From assembly GCA_963740315.1 (NCBI GenBank), contig CAVUDP010000001.1, positions 1,472,001 through 1,536,000 on the forward strand: 64,000 nt of DNA, in the 5' to 3' direction. The notes beneath the pieces were generated by a model. It was not told the origin of the DNA. It saw nothing but the letters and a program-made list of their open reading frames with translations, and did not search any database. Made by a program: the position numbers and the translations under genes. Below are positions 53,841 through 63,400 of the stretch, in pieces (position 1 is the stretch's first letter; each line of letters begins with the position of its first letter). The DNA is from an uncultured cyanobacterium. Its GTDB lineage: Bacteria > Cyanobacteriota > Cyanobacteriia > Cyanobacteriales > Nostocaceae.

Positions 53841-55491
53841 AGTTTTTAACTCCTTGACGTTGTTGCAACTCTTTATTCCAAGTAGTTCTTGGCTGTAATT
53901 TGGTTGAATGAGGTAAAAGCTTTTGAATGGCTGCTACATTTTTATCGGGGATAGCAATAACTACATTTGGTACAGTCTTCAAAATTTGCACAGGTATAGG
54001 AATGTGCTGCTCTGGAAGACTATTTGAATGAATCTTGTCAATGGACAAATAAATAGTTCTATTTGTATGAGGAGCATTTAATATCGCTAGAGATAACGAT
54101 TCAATTGGCGAAGCAGTTAAGATTGCTGCTGTTATAAGATTATTTGAGGTTCTTCCCATGCTCAGATGAAACCAACCATCAGAACGTTTGCTTCCAGGAT
54201 ATAAACTAAAAGCATTTGTCGTCGTTTTCAATGAATGTAGGTAAGCTCCGGTGATGTCAAAAGAAAGATTTCGCGCTAGGAACACTGCATTATTATTGCT
54301 ATCTGCATAGAGCAAACCACATTGATTAAGTGTTTGTGTCAATTTGTGGGGAATACAATAATGGTTTTGGAAATATTTCTCAACTTCTTTCCAACGACTT
54401 TTATCGGCTGCTGGTGGTACGAATATTTTTTCAGGATATTGATATGAAATACTCAAAGCTCTACTAGCTACTTGATTAGTCACCGCAGCTAGCATTTGTT
54501 CCTCTCCAAACTTATCCCGCAGCCAAATAATTGCATCATCAAATTTGCACTGATTGACTCGCATCACTAAGTCGATAGCGTTAGTTTTGGACAACCACTG
54601 GTTATCTAGATTTATCCCTAATTCGTAAGCAACTAAGCCTAAAGGCAATTTTTTACGTTCAATAGTTGTTTTGAGGATTCTTAATTCTGACTCTAATTGT
54701 TGGCGAAGTTTTTCGCTCTGTATTGCAGTTCGCTTTAACTCATTAAATTGCTTGAGCAAGCGAGAACGTTGGTTGAGTTGGTAGTTGATTATTTCAAACT
54801 CAGGATTCAATATTTGAATAACGCGCTGTCGGTATTCTTCGCTTGTTTCAGACATCTGGGCTTTAGGAAGAAAGCGTTCTAAATTTATAAGTTGGGAATC
54901 TTGATTAACAGCAGCATAGTATTTTTTGAGCGTGGTGTAAGTCGCTTTGCTACCTTTAATACCGCGAGAGATACTTAGATGTTCAACAGCCCTTCCGAAA
55001 CTATCTTGCAGTTCTGATAGTTTAATTTTTCCACCAAACAATTCACGACAGTTGAGTTTACCTCTATCGTCTAACGGCACAATGTAAGCGTGAATATGAG
55101 GTGTAATTTCGTCGAGATGTAACTCTGCTCTAACTACTCGTTCTTCCCAAGAAGAATACAACCAATTAACTGTTGCTTCCACGAAGTTATCTAAGCGTTG
55201 TTTGTCATAAGTTCCTGCTTCTTGAGGTGCATCGGGACGGAAATAGGAAGCACTTGCACTGAGTAACATTTCTACTGCAAGAACAGCATTTGAGCGGATT
55301 TTCTGCGAACCGATTGCATGTCTTACTAAAGTTGCTAAATCTAAATTGGAAGAATCACCAATAATTCGTATATTGGTTACTTCTAGGTTTGCATTTGGGG
55401 TATTTCTTTCTCGTGCGGTATGAGCTTGATTACCCTTGAGCATTCCCCAGCTTTTGATTTTCTGGATTTTACAGACGGCTAGCGGGATCAT
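53824..55491 (-). CDS. mobV: MobV (Mob_Pre) family relaxase with C-terminal DUF3991/Toprim-like region
   Basis: NQAHTARE, RSNAVLAVEMLLSAS, AELHLDEITPHIHAY (HUH), LSELQD, RGIKGSKA. Confidence 0.9.
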   Translation of the reverse strand: MIPLAVCKIQKIKSWGMLKGNQAHTARERNTPNANLEVTNIRIIGDSSNLDLATLVRHAIGSQKIRSNAVLAVEMLLSASASYFRPDAPQEAGTYDKQRLDNFVEATVNWLYSSWEERVVRAELHLDEITPHIHAYIVPLDDRGKLNCRELFGGKIKLSELQDSFGRAVEHLSISRGIKGSKATYTTLKKYYAAVNQDSQLINLERFLPKAQMSETSEEYRQRVIQILNPEFEIINYQLNQRSRLLKQFNELKRTAIQSEKLRQQLESELRILKTTIERKKLPLGLVAYELGINLDNQWLSKTNAIDLVMRVNQCKFDDAIIWLRDKFGEEQMLAAVTNQVASRALSISYQYPEKIFVPPAADKSRWKEVEKYFQNHYCIPHKLTQTLNQCGLLYADSNNNAVFLARNLSFDITGAYLHSLKTTTNAFSLYPGSKRSDGWFHLSMGRTSNNLITAAILTASPIESLSLAILNAPHTNRTIYLSIDKIHSNSLPEQHIPIPVQILKTVPNVVIAIPDKNVAAIQKLLPHSTKLQPRTTWNKELQQRQGVKNYATLE

Positions 55492-55515
55492 CGCTTTTCG
55501 TTAGTTTTTATCTTC

Positions 55516-56151
55516 TTATGAATTTAATTTGCGTCTCAAATCTCGAATTGCAGCGCTAGTATTTCGCTCGTAAGCAATTCGGAAACATTCGTTTACAATT
55601 TCTAAAATATTGATATCTGGAAAATAACGACTGTTAGTTTTTTCAACATATTTATCATCTTCCAAGCCGTAAATTTTTAGCTGGTTCTTTTTTAATAACC
55701 AAACTTCCGGCACGCGATAGGGCAGATAATCATTTATATCCGTGTAACTTGTTACGTCTACTTCTATTGCTAAATCCGGAGGTGGTTCAACACTCCAATC
55801 AATTCTATCTTTTCCGGCGATCGCCATCCAATTATCAATATAAAAGCAGTAATCCGGCTCGATACCACTTATGGAAGATAATTGCATTGTAATTGGGGTA
55901 AATGACTCGTATTCCTGCTCTAAATAATCGAGCAAAACTTTAACCACATCAGCAATTAAGCTAGCTTTGCGTCCGTGTTCTGGTAGCGGTGCCATCAACA
56001 GAATTTCTCCAGGTCGATATTTGATGCGAGGAGAAGAACGGTCCCCTAGTTGTGCGGATAGGGATTGATACTCATCCCAACTACCAGGTAATTTTAAAAC
56101 CGTTCCAGGGGGTAAATGAATTTCTTTGGGCGTGACAACAGCAAACATCAT
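55516..56151 (-). CDS. Uma2-family PD-(D/E)XK endonuclease-like protein
   Basis: MAPLPEH, IEPDYCFY, PPDLAIEVD, VPEVW. Confidence 0.9.
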   Translation of the reverse strand: MMFAVVTPKEIHLPPGTVLKLPGSWDEYQSLSAQLGDRSSPRIKYRPGEILLMAPLPEHGRKASLIADVVKVLLDYLEQEYESFTPITMQLSSISGIEPDYCFYIDNWMAIAGKDRIDWSVEPPPDLAIEVDVTSYTDINDYLPYRVPEVWLLKKNQLKIYGLEDDKYVEKTNSRYFPDINILEIVNECFRIAYERNTSAAIRDLRRKLNS

Positions 56152-56958
56152 GTCACCTCGTAAAATAATACGTTATTCGGAAGTAAAGTTTTTGAATTTA
56201 CGCAGTAGATGCTACTAAATTTTACCCTTAAAACAAGATTTTCACCTTATGTATGAATTTAAAACTACATTTATAAATTACATACAGTCTATGTATTTCC
56301 TCTTGATTTCACTTATTTAGAAGTAATCTTTATGTAATATTTTTAGCATTCACTGTTTAAAATTAATGTAATTATACACAAAAGATTTGCCTCTTTTATA
56401 TGCTTAAGATTTATTCATGGCAATGGCTAGAGTATTTTCTTAAATATTTATTCTATTTAAATCAAAAATAAATTTTAATACGATAGAATTTTGCTGTAAA
56501 TTCGAGAAAAAAGAATCTTCCTATTGCTAGATTGCCGCTTCTACCCCTCATTCGTTACTAAATAGAAAGATTGTTAAAGTTCTCAAGCTTTAGAAATGGT
56601 GAAAATTAAAATAGCTAAATACGAATCAATTTTGTTTGATTGCTTATTTAGAATGATAAGTCTTGTTAATATTGATTTTGTTAAGAAGCTTCAAATAAAT
56701 TTATTAAACGGAAACTGGAGTTAAATATCAGCAAAATAATTATTCAAGCCGCAAGCGGAAAAAATTGTGTAGTGTGTTTACAAATGAACTTATCAACAGG
56801 CTGGAATATTTTCGGAGCGCAGTAAACACAGTTGGGTAATTTGGTTATTTAATTGCAGCAGAATTACGCTGAATTCAGCCCTCAAAATATGACTAATTAA
56901 AAACTCAACGTATTGCTATAACGATGTTGTAAGGAAGTGATTAACAAAAACTATGTAA

Positions 56959-57074
56959 TGAGGATTTGGTGAGGAATATAGGAGGTAATTTATCCGAAAA
57001 AGAGTATTAGATAAAATTATGAATCCCTCATTTATTCCTTACAACTTACTCAATTCATCCTCAAAATTTACTTG
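56959..57074. promoter_or_regulatory. Candidate parC centromere: two opposed arrays of 11-bp-phased hexamers upstream of parM
   Basis: TGAGGA 56959, TGAGGA 56970, GGAGGT 56981; CCCTCA 57025, TCCTTA 57036, TACTCA 57047, TCCTCA 57058, TACTTG 57069. Confidence 0.55.
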
Positions 57075-57094
57075 CAATTTATTTTTCATAAAAC

Positions 57095-58228
57095 ATGGGT
57101 AAAAATAATCGAAAAACAGAACAAAAAAATAGTACTCCGGTTCAATTAACTCTCGCGGCTGATATTGGTGGTAGCGGTTTGAAAGCAATTTATACAAGCA
57201 CTGACGGTAAAATTGGGAGTTTATTTATGGAACCGGAAGTAATTGCAGTACCCAAAGCTGCTATTGATGACTTATTACAAAATAATTTAGGAGTATGCGA
57301 ACCTACAAATGCTGCTTGGGTGGGATTTGGAGGAAAGTATGCAGCGGTTGGATACTTAGCTGCATCGCGCTTTTATGCAAATGCTGGATTGAAAGAGCTT
57401 AAGTACGAACGAGGTTTATACAAAGTTTTGGCAAGTGTTTGGGTTTTAGCGCAAAAGCTGAAGTTGAGTAATTGTTTCAAATTCGATTTAGCTGTACTGC
57501 TTCCAGCTAGCGAATATGAATCCAGAAAGAAATTTGAAAATATTCTGCGCTCCCTTCTCAAAAACTTTGAAACCCCTTCAGGAAATATGTCACTGGAACT
57601 AGGACGATTTAATTGTTATCCAGAAGGTGCGGGAGTATTTCTACTCCATTCCAAGCGAGTAGGAGTAGAGATTGGGCAGCGCAAAAGCGCAATTATCATG
57701 ATTGGATATCGCAACTCTTCAGTTTTAGTAAGCTATCGGGGAGCATTAGACAGCGGTAAAACTTCGGATTTGGGTATGGTGCGGATGATAGAAAGCGTTA
57801 TGACTAAAACCAGTGGATTGTCGGAATCAGATTTATGTAGAGTTATAGTTGCGAGCGGTTACGATATCAACCCAACTCCTTTGTACAAGTTAACTCGCAG
57901 CACTACAGTTGCAACTCGTAATGAGGAAGTAGCAGCGCTAGTAAAGGCAATTAAAGAAGCAAAAAATCTTTATATGGCAACGCTAATATCTTGGTTAAAC
58001 AACGTAGTCCCCCGCGATGTTGATGAAATTGTGTTTTGTGGAGGTACGGCAGATTATTTGAAGAAAGAACTTAATTCTCGTTATTCTGCTACACCTTGCA
58101 TTTGGCATGGTGGGGTTATGGTTCCTGATGCTGTAGATACGTACAAATTAGGAACGAGACTTACAGATGCTTATGGAATGTTCTTGTATTTCATGTCTGG
58201 CTCAAATTCGGTTGCTGAGGTAGCGTAA
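57095..58228 (+). CDS. parM: ParM/StbA actin-like partition ATPase
   Basis: ADIGGSGLK (phosphate 1), YPEGAG, MIGYRNS (phosphate 2), VFCGGTA (adenosine). Confidence 0.88.
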   Translation: MGKNNRKTEQKNSTPVQLTLAADIGGSGLKAIYTSTDGKIGSLFMEPEVIAVPKAAIDDLLQNNLGVCEPTNAAWVGFGGKYAAVGYLAASRFYANAGLKELKYERGLYKVLASVWVLAQKLKLSNCFKFDLAVLLPASEYESRKKFENILRSLLKNFETPSGNMSLELGRFNCYPEGAGVFLLHSKRVGVEIGQRKSAIIMIGYRNSSVLVSYRGALDSGKTSDLGMVRMIESVMTKTSGLSESDLCRVIVASGYDINPTPLYKLTRSTTVATRNEEVAALVKAIKEAKNLYMATLISWLNNVVPRDVDEIVFCGGTADYLKKELNSRYSATPCIWHGGVMVPDAVDTYKLGTRLTDAYGMFLYFMSGSNSVAEVA

Positions 58229-58229
58229 G

Positions 58230-58670
58230 TTGAAGAAACGAAGAGTTGACTACAGCATCAGATTTCAACCTTTTGTGGGAACTCCAGAAGAAAAAGTTTT
58301 AAATTATCTGAGACATCACCAATTGAATTCTGCTAATGCTTTGATAATGCAGGCAGTTCGTCCTTACTGGTTGCCTTTAGTGTTACTTGAAGATGATGTA
58401 ACTCCTTTGAATATTAAACAACAATTAGGTAGAGATGCGGTTAGGGAATTATTGCTTCACGCTGATTATATTTGCTCATCTTTAGGATTAGAGCGGTTCT
58501 ATAACTTACTTATGAGTGATGGAAATCTAGCTCAAACTAATAAATCAAATGAAGTTAAAGCTGAAAACAGTTCTAATATTTCTTATAAAAATGAAACAAA
58601 GCTTGTCGGACAGTTAGAAGTGGAAGTAGGGAATGGGGAATGGGGAAGTCTGGGTTCGTTTTCTGAATAA
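58230..58670 (+). CDS. Putative ParR-like adaptor
   Basis: Small gene starting 2 nt after the parM stop; basic beta-like N-terminus (KKRRVDYSIRF) and acidic tail. Confidence 0.55.
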   Translation: MKKRRVDYSIRFQPFVGTPEEKVLNYLRHHQLNSANALIMQAVRPYWLPLVLLEDDVTPLNIKQQLGRDAVRELLLHADYICSSLGLERFYNLLMSDGNLAQTNKSNEVKAENSSNISYKNETKLVGQLEVEVGNGEWGSLGSFSE

Positions 58671-58700
58671 ATTGTTGTCACTTAAGCAGAGGTTTATCAA

Positions 58701-59732
58701 ATGAGCGATACAGCAGAAAATCAACAACCAGAAAAAAGAAAGAGAGGTAGACCAAAGAAAAACACTAATTCTTCTAGTGCTTCAAATAATAACTCACAAG
58801 GTATATCTATAACCATGCAAGAAAAATATTCTGCTCCTGAAAATTCAAATAGTAAAAATAGGATAAATTCATCTAGTGAAACTTCTGCTCAAGATTGGGC
58901 AAAAGAATTGGAAGGTGATTCAAGTTTACCCCATACAGAATTATTACAATCTAGTTCGCATGAAGATAAACCTGTAACTACTGCTCCAATACCTACTAAC
59001 ACCAATAATACTGCTAGCAATCAAGAAAAATTAGTCAAAATTCCCACAACTATTCATATTGTAGACGGTGAAAAAGGGGGTGCTGGGAAGTCATTTGTTA
59101 GTAGAGCATTAATAGAATATTACGCTTCAATAAAGCATAAAGTAGCAATTGTTGATGCAGATAAAAGCAACGAAGATATTTCTCAGATTTATAATAACGT
59201 GCATTCTGCTTTCTTTAGCGATGATGATAAAAAAGCCAATCAAGCCGACCACATTTTTGATTTGGCATTTGAAAAATCAGTGATTGTCAATTTACCTGCT
59301 CAAGTTTATTCAAAGGTGACTGACTGGATAAAGACGAATGATTTGGATGAGATAGGTAAGGAATATCAAATTACTTTTGTGAAATGGTTTGTATGTACCG
59401 GAGGTGTAGATTCGGTTAATTTCTTTATCAAATCTCTGAATGATTTAGGAGATAGAGTAACTCATGTATTTGTGAAAAATTTAGGATTGTGCGATGAATG
59501 GGATTATGTAGATGAAATGCCTGAGTTTCTTGATGCTAAGAAGACTCATAAATTTAAAGAGATGGATTTCCCCAAGTTTCCATTCTGGGAACGAAATGTG
59601 ATTGATAGATTGGGGATTACTTTTAATAGTGCGCTCTCTCATCCTGAAATAAAGGTGATATCGAGACAGCGAGTCAAAAATTTTCTTGCAGAAGTTCATA
59701 CAGCGTTCGGCGAAACGGGATTGGTTAAATGA
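58701..59732 (+). CDS. MobD/ParA-like deviant Walker ATPase with disordered N-terminus
   Basis: IHIVDGEKGGAGKS, VDADKSN, VIVNLPAQ; N-terminal KRKRGRPKK (AT-hook-like). Confidence 0.8.
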   Translation: MSDTAENQQPEKRKRGRPKKNTNSSSASNNNSQGISITMQEKYSAPENSNSKNRINSSSETSAQDWAKELEGDSSLPHTELLQSSSHEDKPVTTAPIPTNTNNTASNQEKLVKIPTTIHIVDGEKGGAGKSFVSRALIEYYASIKHKVAIVDADKSNEDISQIYNNVHSAFFSDDDKKANQADHIFDLAFEKSVIVNLPAQVYSKVTDWIKTNDLDEIGKEYQITFVKWFVCTGGVDSVNFFIKSLNDLGDRVTHVFVKNLGLCDEWDYVDEMPEFLDAKKTHKFKEMDFPKFPFWERNVIDRLGITFNSALSHPEIKVISRQRVKNFLAEVHTAFGETGLVK

Positions 59733-60457
59733 CACAGGAAGTTACTCCCGCTGATAAAAACTCAAATAATGAAGAAAATGACCAAGTTAGTAAGTTTTTG
59801 GCTGAAGCTCTAAATGGTAAAAGCGAAGAGTTTAAAAAGCAGGTATTGAGTTTTGCTGTAAGCTGTGGTTTATCTCAGGATGACCCTTTGTTTCTAATTT
59901 TGGTAGCTACCGGACAATTAGAAGCAATGTTAACAAATGCGCCGTCCGTTTTGCAACTGTTGTTTGAAACCTGGAATCAAGATTTGGCTCGCAACTTACA
60001 AGAAGTGGAAAAAGTTGCGGTATTACGTCAGAAAGTTGCTATTGATAGAGCTGCTCACGCTCTGATTCGCAAAGCACAGTTTACAGAAAGCCGAAAACTT
60101 TTAACTTCTGTACTTCCGGCAAGTTTATTATTATTTTTTACCCTGGGAGTCGGTGCAATCATGGGAATTTTAACGCCTCCCTGGATTGCTGGGATGATAA
60201 GTGGTGGATATACAAAGGTGCAATCAAGTACTTTGACCTGGGATGAGTTGGAAGCAATGAAATGGGCGATTTCTAAGGAAGGAAAATTTGCTAGAAATTT
60301 GATTGATTGGAACAGAGGTTATTTGGACAACGGGGAATGCGTCAAAGATGCTCAAAGATTGGGTGTGATTTTATCCCAGTACGGACGTAAAGCAAAGTCT
60401 GGACATTGTGTTATTTGGGCTACTCCACCGACAAAGCGTAAGTTCGTAGAACCGTAA
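59729..60457 (+). CDS. DUF6753-like membrane protein
   Basis: GLSQDDPLFLILVATGQL, TM segment, WAISKEGKFARNLIDWN; overlaps the upstream ATPase (ATGA). Confidence 0.65.
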   Translation: MTQEVTPADKNSNNEENDQVSKFLAEALNGKSEEFKKQVLSFAVSCGLSQDDPLFLILVATGQLEAMLTNAPSVLQLLFETWNQDLARNLQEVEKVAVLRQKVAIDRAAHALIRKAQFTESRKLLTSVLPASLLLFFTLGVGAIMGILTPPWIAGMISGGYTKVQSSTLTWDELEAMKWAISKEGKFARNLIDWNRGYLDNGECVKDAQRLGVILSQYGRKAKSGHCVIWATPPTKRKFVEP

Positions 60458-60499
60458 TATGAGGCAGGGGGTAGGGAGCAGCCAGCAGAGGTTTAGTTA

Positions 60500-63400
60500 A
60501 TGTCAATAGCTCTAGAATATTTCTGCACCAAAACAGGTAAACCTATAGAAGTTGATGGTAAACCTTTAATTGAGACTTTGGAAAATACTGCTGCGGAGTA
60601 TCTTTATGGTAATGATGTTAAGTGGAGTATTGGTATTGTTTATCCCGGAATTTCAACTGAGGATGATTTAACAAAACATCAAGATAAATATCTTCAGTTT
60701 TCCAAAAAAGACCGACTGTACTTTTCCGATAAACCGGGATTGCGGTTACAAATTTTTGACGAGCCACATTTCGGTTCTGCATATGGTTCTTTACTATTTG
60801 GCGAATGCGAGTATTTTTCTGAAGTGAAAGATATCAAAGTGCTTATTGTAGATGATGAAACTGGGGAATGTGATGGGGTTTTACCGGAAGAACAGGCTTT
60901 ATTACTTGTAGGAGATGGGGATGGACGAATTGACCATAAATTACACGAACAATTGGGCAATATTCCTTCTACTCAGTTCCAGGTAAGAGGAATTATTAAG
61001 TCCCAGGAGGGAATCAACGCTAACCAAACAATAAAAGGCACTTTAGCACCAATTAATCTTTCTAATATCGGAAGCGGTTATGACTTAGTGCTTTCTCAAT
61101 CTCAATTGGGTAAGGGACGCAAAAATAAACTTTATAACGAAAAAACCGGGATAAGAATTAATCGACAAACAGAAGTGGAACCAGGAGAATATACTCTTAC
61201 AATCGGTATTGGTAATCGCGAAAATGCTCGCACCGTAGAAGCTTCAACGGGCGCTCAGTATTGGGTAGGATTGCCAGAAGGTGCTGAAAATGATGCTTTA
61301 CCCAGGGTACAACAGCGTTTGGCACAATTAGATCGTATTGCGAAGGACCCGCGTAAGGTTGCACTAGATTATATTCAAACGGTGGAAAGAAGGTTAGAAA
61401 GTGATTTGAAAAGAGAAACCGGAACTAAGTTAATCCATGATTTCGATTTGGATGATTTTGGAAATGTGATTGACGAAGCTTTTGGAGATAAAGACACTGA
61501 ATTAATGTACCAACTTCTGAAAGCTGATTTAGAAGGACATCTGCAAATTATTGAAACACCAAAAGTTATCAACTTTCTCTCAGAACATCTTCAGGAACAA
61601 TATAGAGACTGCGCTACCGGAAGAGTTATCAAATTTCAGTCATCGATGCTGATGACTTGTAACCGTTTGAAAGACTGGGAGGTTTGCGATCGCACTAAAC
61701 CCGACGGTGCGAAAGTCTTATATCACCGTCCCCCAGTCGGTAATACAAACGTAATGGCAGTACTTACGAATCGCTTATTGGAAGGAGAAGAAGTCAATCC
61801 CGGTAGTATTAAACTCAATCGTCGCACAGCAACGGCTCTTAATAGTGACTGCGACGGTGATAAACCTTTAACTGCATTAGCTGAAGATTTTCCCAGCACC
61901 GCACAGGAAATTCAGTTCAAAACTCAACCAGAAAACCGTTACCCAGAAAGTGTTTTACCTCAAAAAGCAGCTTACTGTGGAAGTTTTGAGAAGATAGCTT
62001 TAGAAGCTGCTCATGACAATATTGGGATTGTGGCTAACTTAGCGATGAAAGCAATTGCAATTGAGTCGGAGTGTAGTCAAATTCCTGCCAACGAACAAAG
62101 AACATTTTTAGCAAATTTATCAGCTAACCTTGCTCGATGTGATTTTGATAATTTACCCCAGGAAGCAGAACATTTACGAGAGTTATTAAATGACTTTAGC
62201 GAATATAGTCGTCGTCTAAACGTTGAAAATCAAAGTTCAAATAATTCTTTTCAAGACTACTTAATACCACTACAGGAACCAGAATTAAATAATACTATTA
62301 CACCAGAACAAGTTTCCGAAGAATTAGCAAAAGTAAGACAGCTATTTCATAATTTATCTGGTGTAATTGACCAACAGTTAAAAATTGAGGGACAAAGCGG
62401 TAAAAGTGCGCTGCGTAGTGACCCAGAAGTCATAAAATTATGTACAGAATTATGTGCTTATCCTCAAGTTTACGCTCTTGAAGACCGTAATGAAAAATGG
62501 GCTTATTTAGATAAACCGATTAGGAGTAATTTACATACCGCACTTGACTTATTAGTACAAGAAACTAATCAACATTTTGAAATTAATGCTCTTACCCCTC
62601 GTCCGCTATCTCAATTTAGAGATTTATTTAAAGATATTGATTTTAATTCTTCACAGCTTGAGATTGCAGCAACTTACAAGCAACAATATGAGGGATTAAT
62701 TAGAGCAGCGCACGATATTAAGCAACAAGTAGAAATAAATCGACATCAGCCGAATTTAAGAATGGTAGCCAAATCTAAGAAGGGGAATCAAATAGAAATT
62801 CGATTGAATCAAAAAGATACAAAACATCTTCAAGCTTATTCGCTCGATAAAATGCAGATTTCTTTACTTAAAGATAATAATAATTATAAAGCCTTTGCTG
62901 TAGTACCGGGAGAAACTACAATTAATAAACGTAGGCAGGTTGTCCCAGCAAAAAAACAATTGGGATTATTGACTGAAGCTTCTGTAATTGAGAACAAAGA
63001 TACTTTTCAAACACTTCATCATCAGAATAAAAATAATTGGATTGAACTTGGTAAACTCGATATTAATATTAACCCTGCTCTCAATACTTCTCATGAAAAA
63101 GCTGCTTTTAAATTAGCTTATGAATATGCTTCAAAAACTAGAGAAAATATTCCAGATAAAGAAAGATTAACCATAGCAGCAGCCATGTGGAATCTATCAA
63201 CCAAACGAGTTAAAGAAGAATACGATATTAATAAACGCGCTGGTGCTGTTTTTGCTATTTTTGGAGAAGAGATTAAAGAACAGCTTCATCAACTTCAGTT
63301 TACCGAATTTACTGTAGTGGGAACCCACAGAGATACTTCCGAACACAAAGGGAAAGTTTGGAAAGGGGAAAAGGTTCCGATACAAATTGAACTGGCTCCC

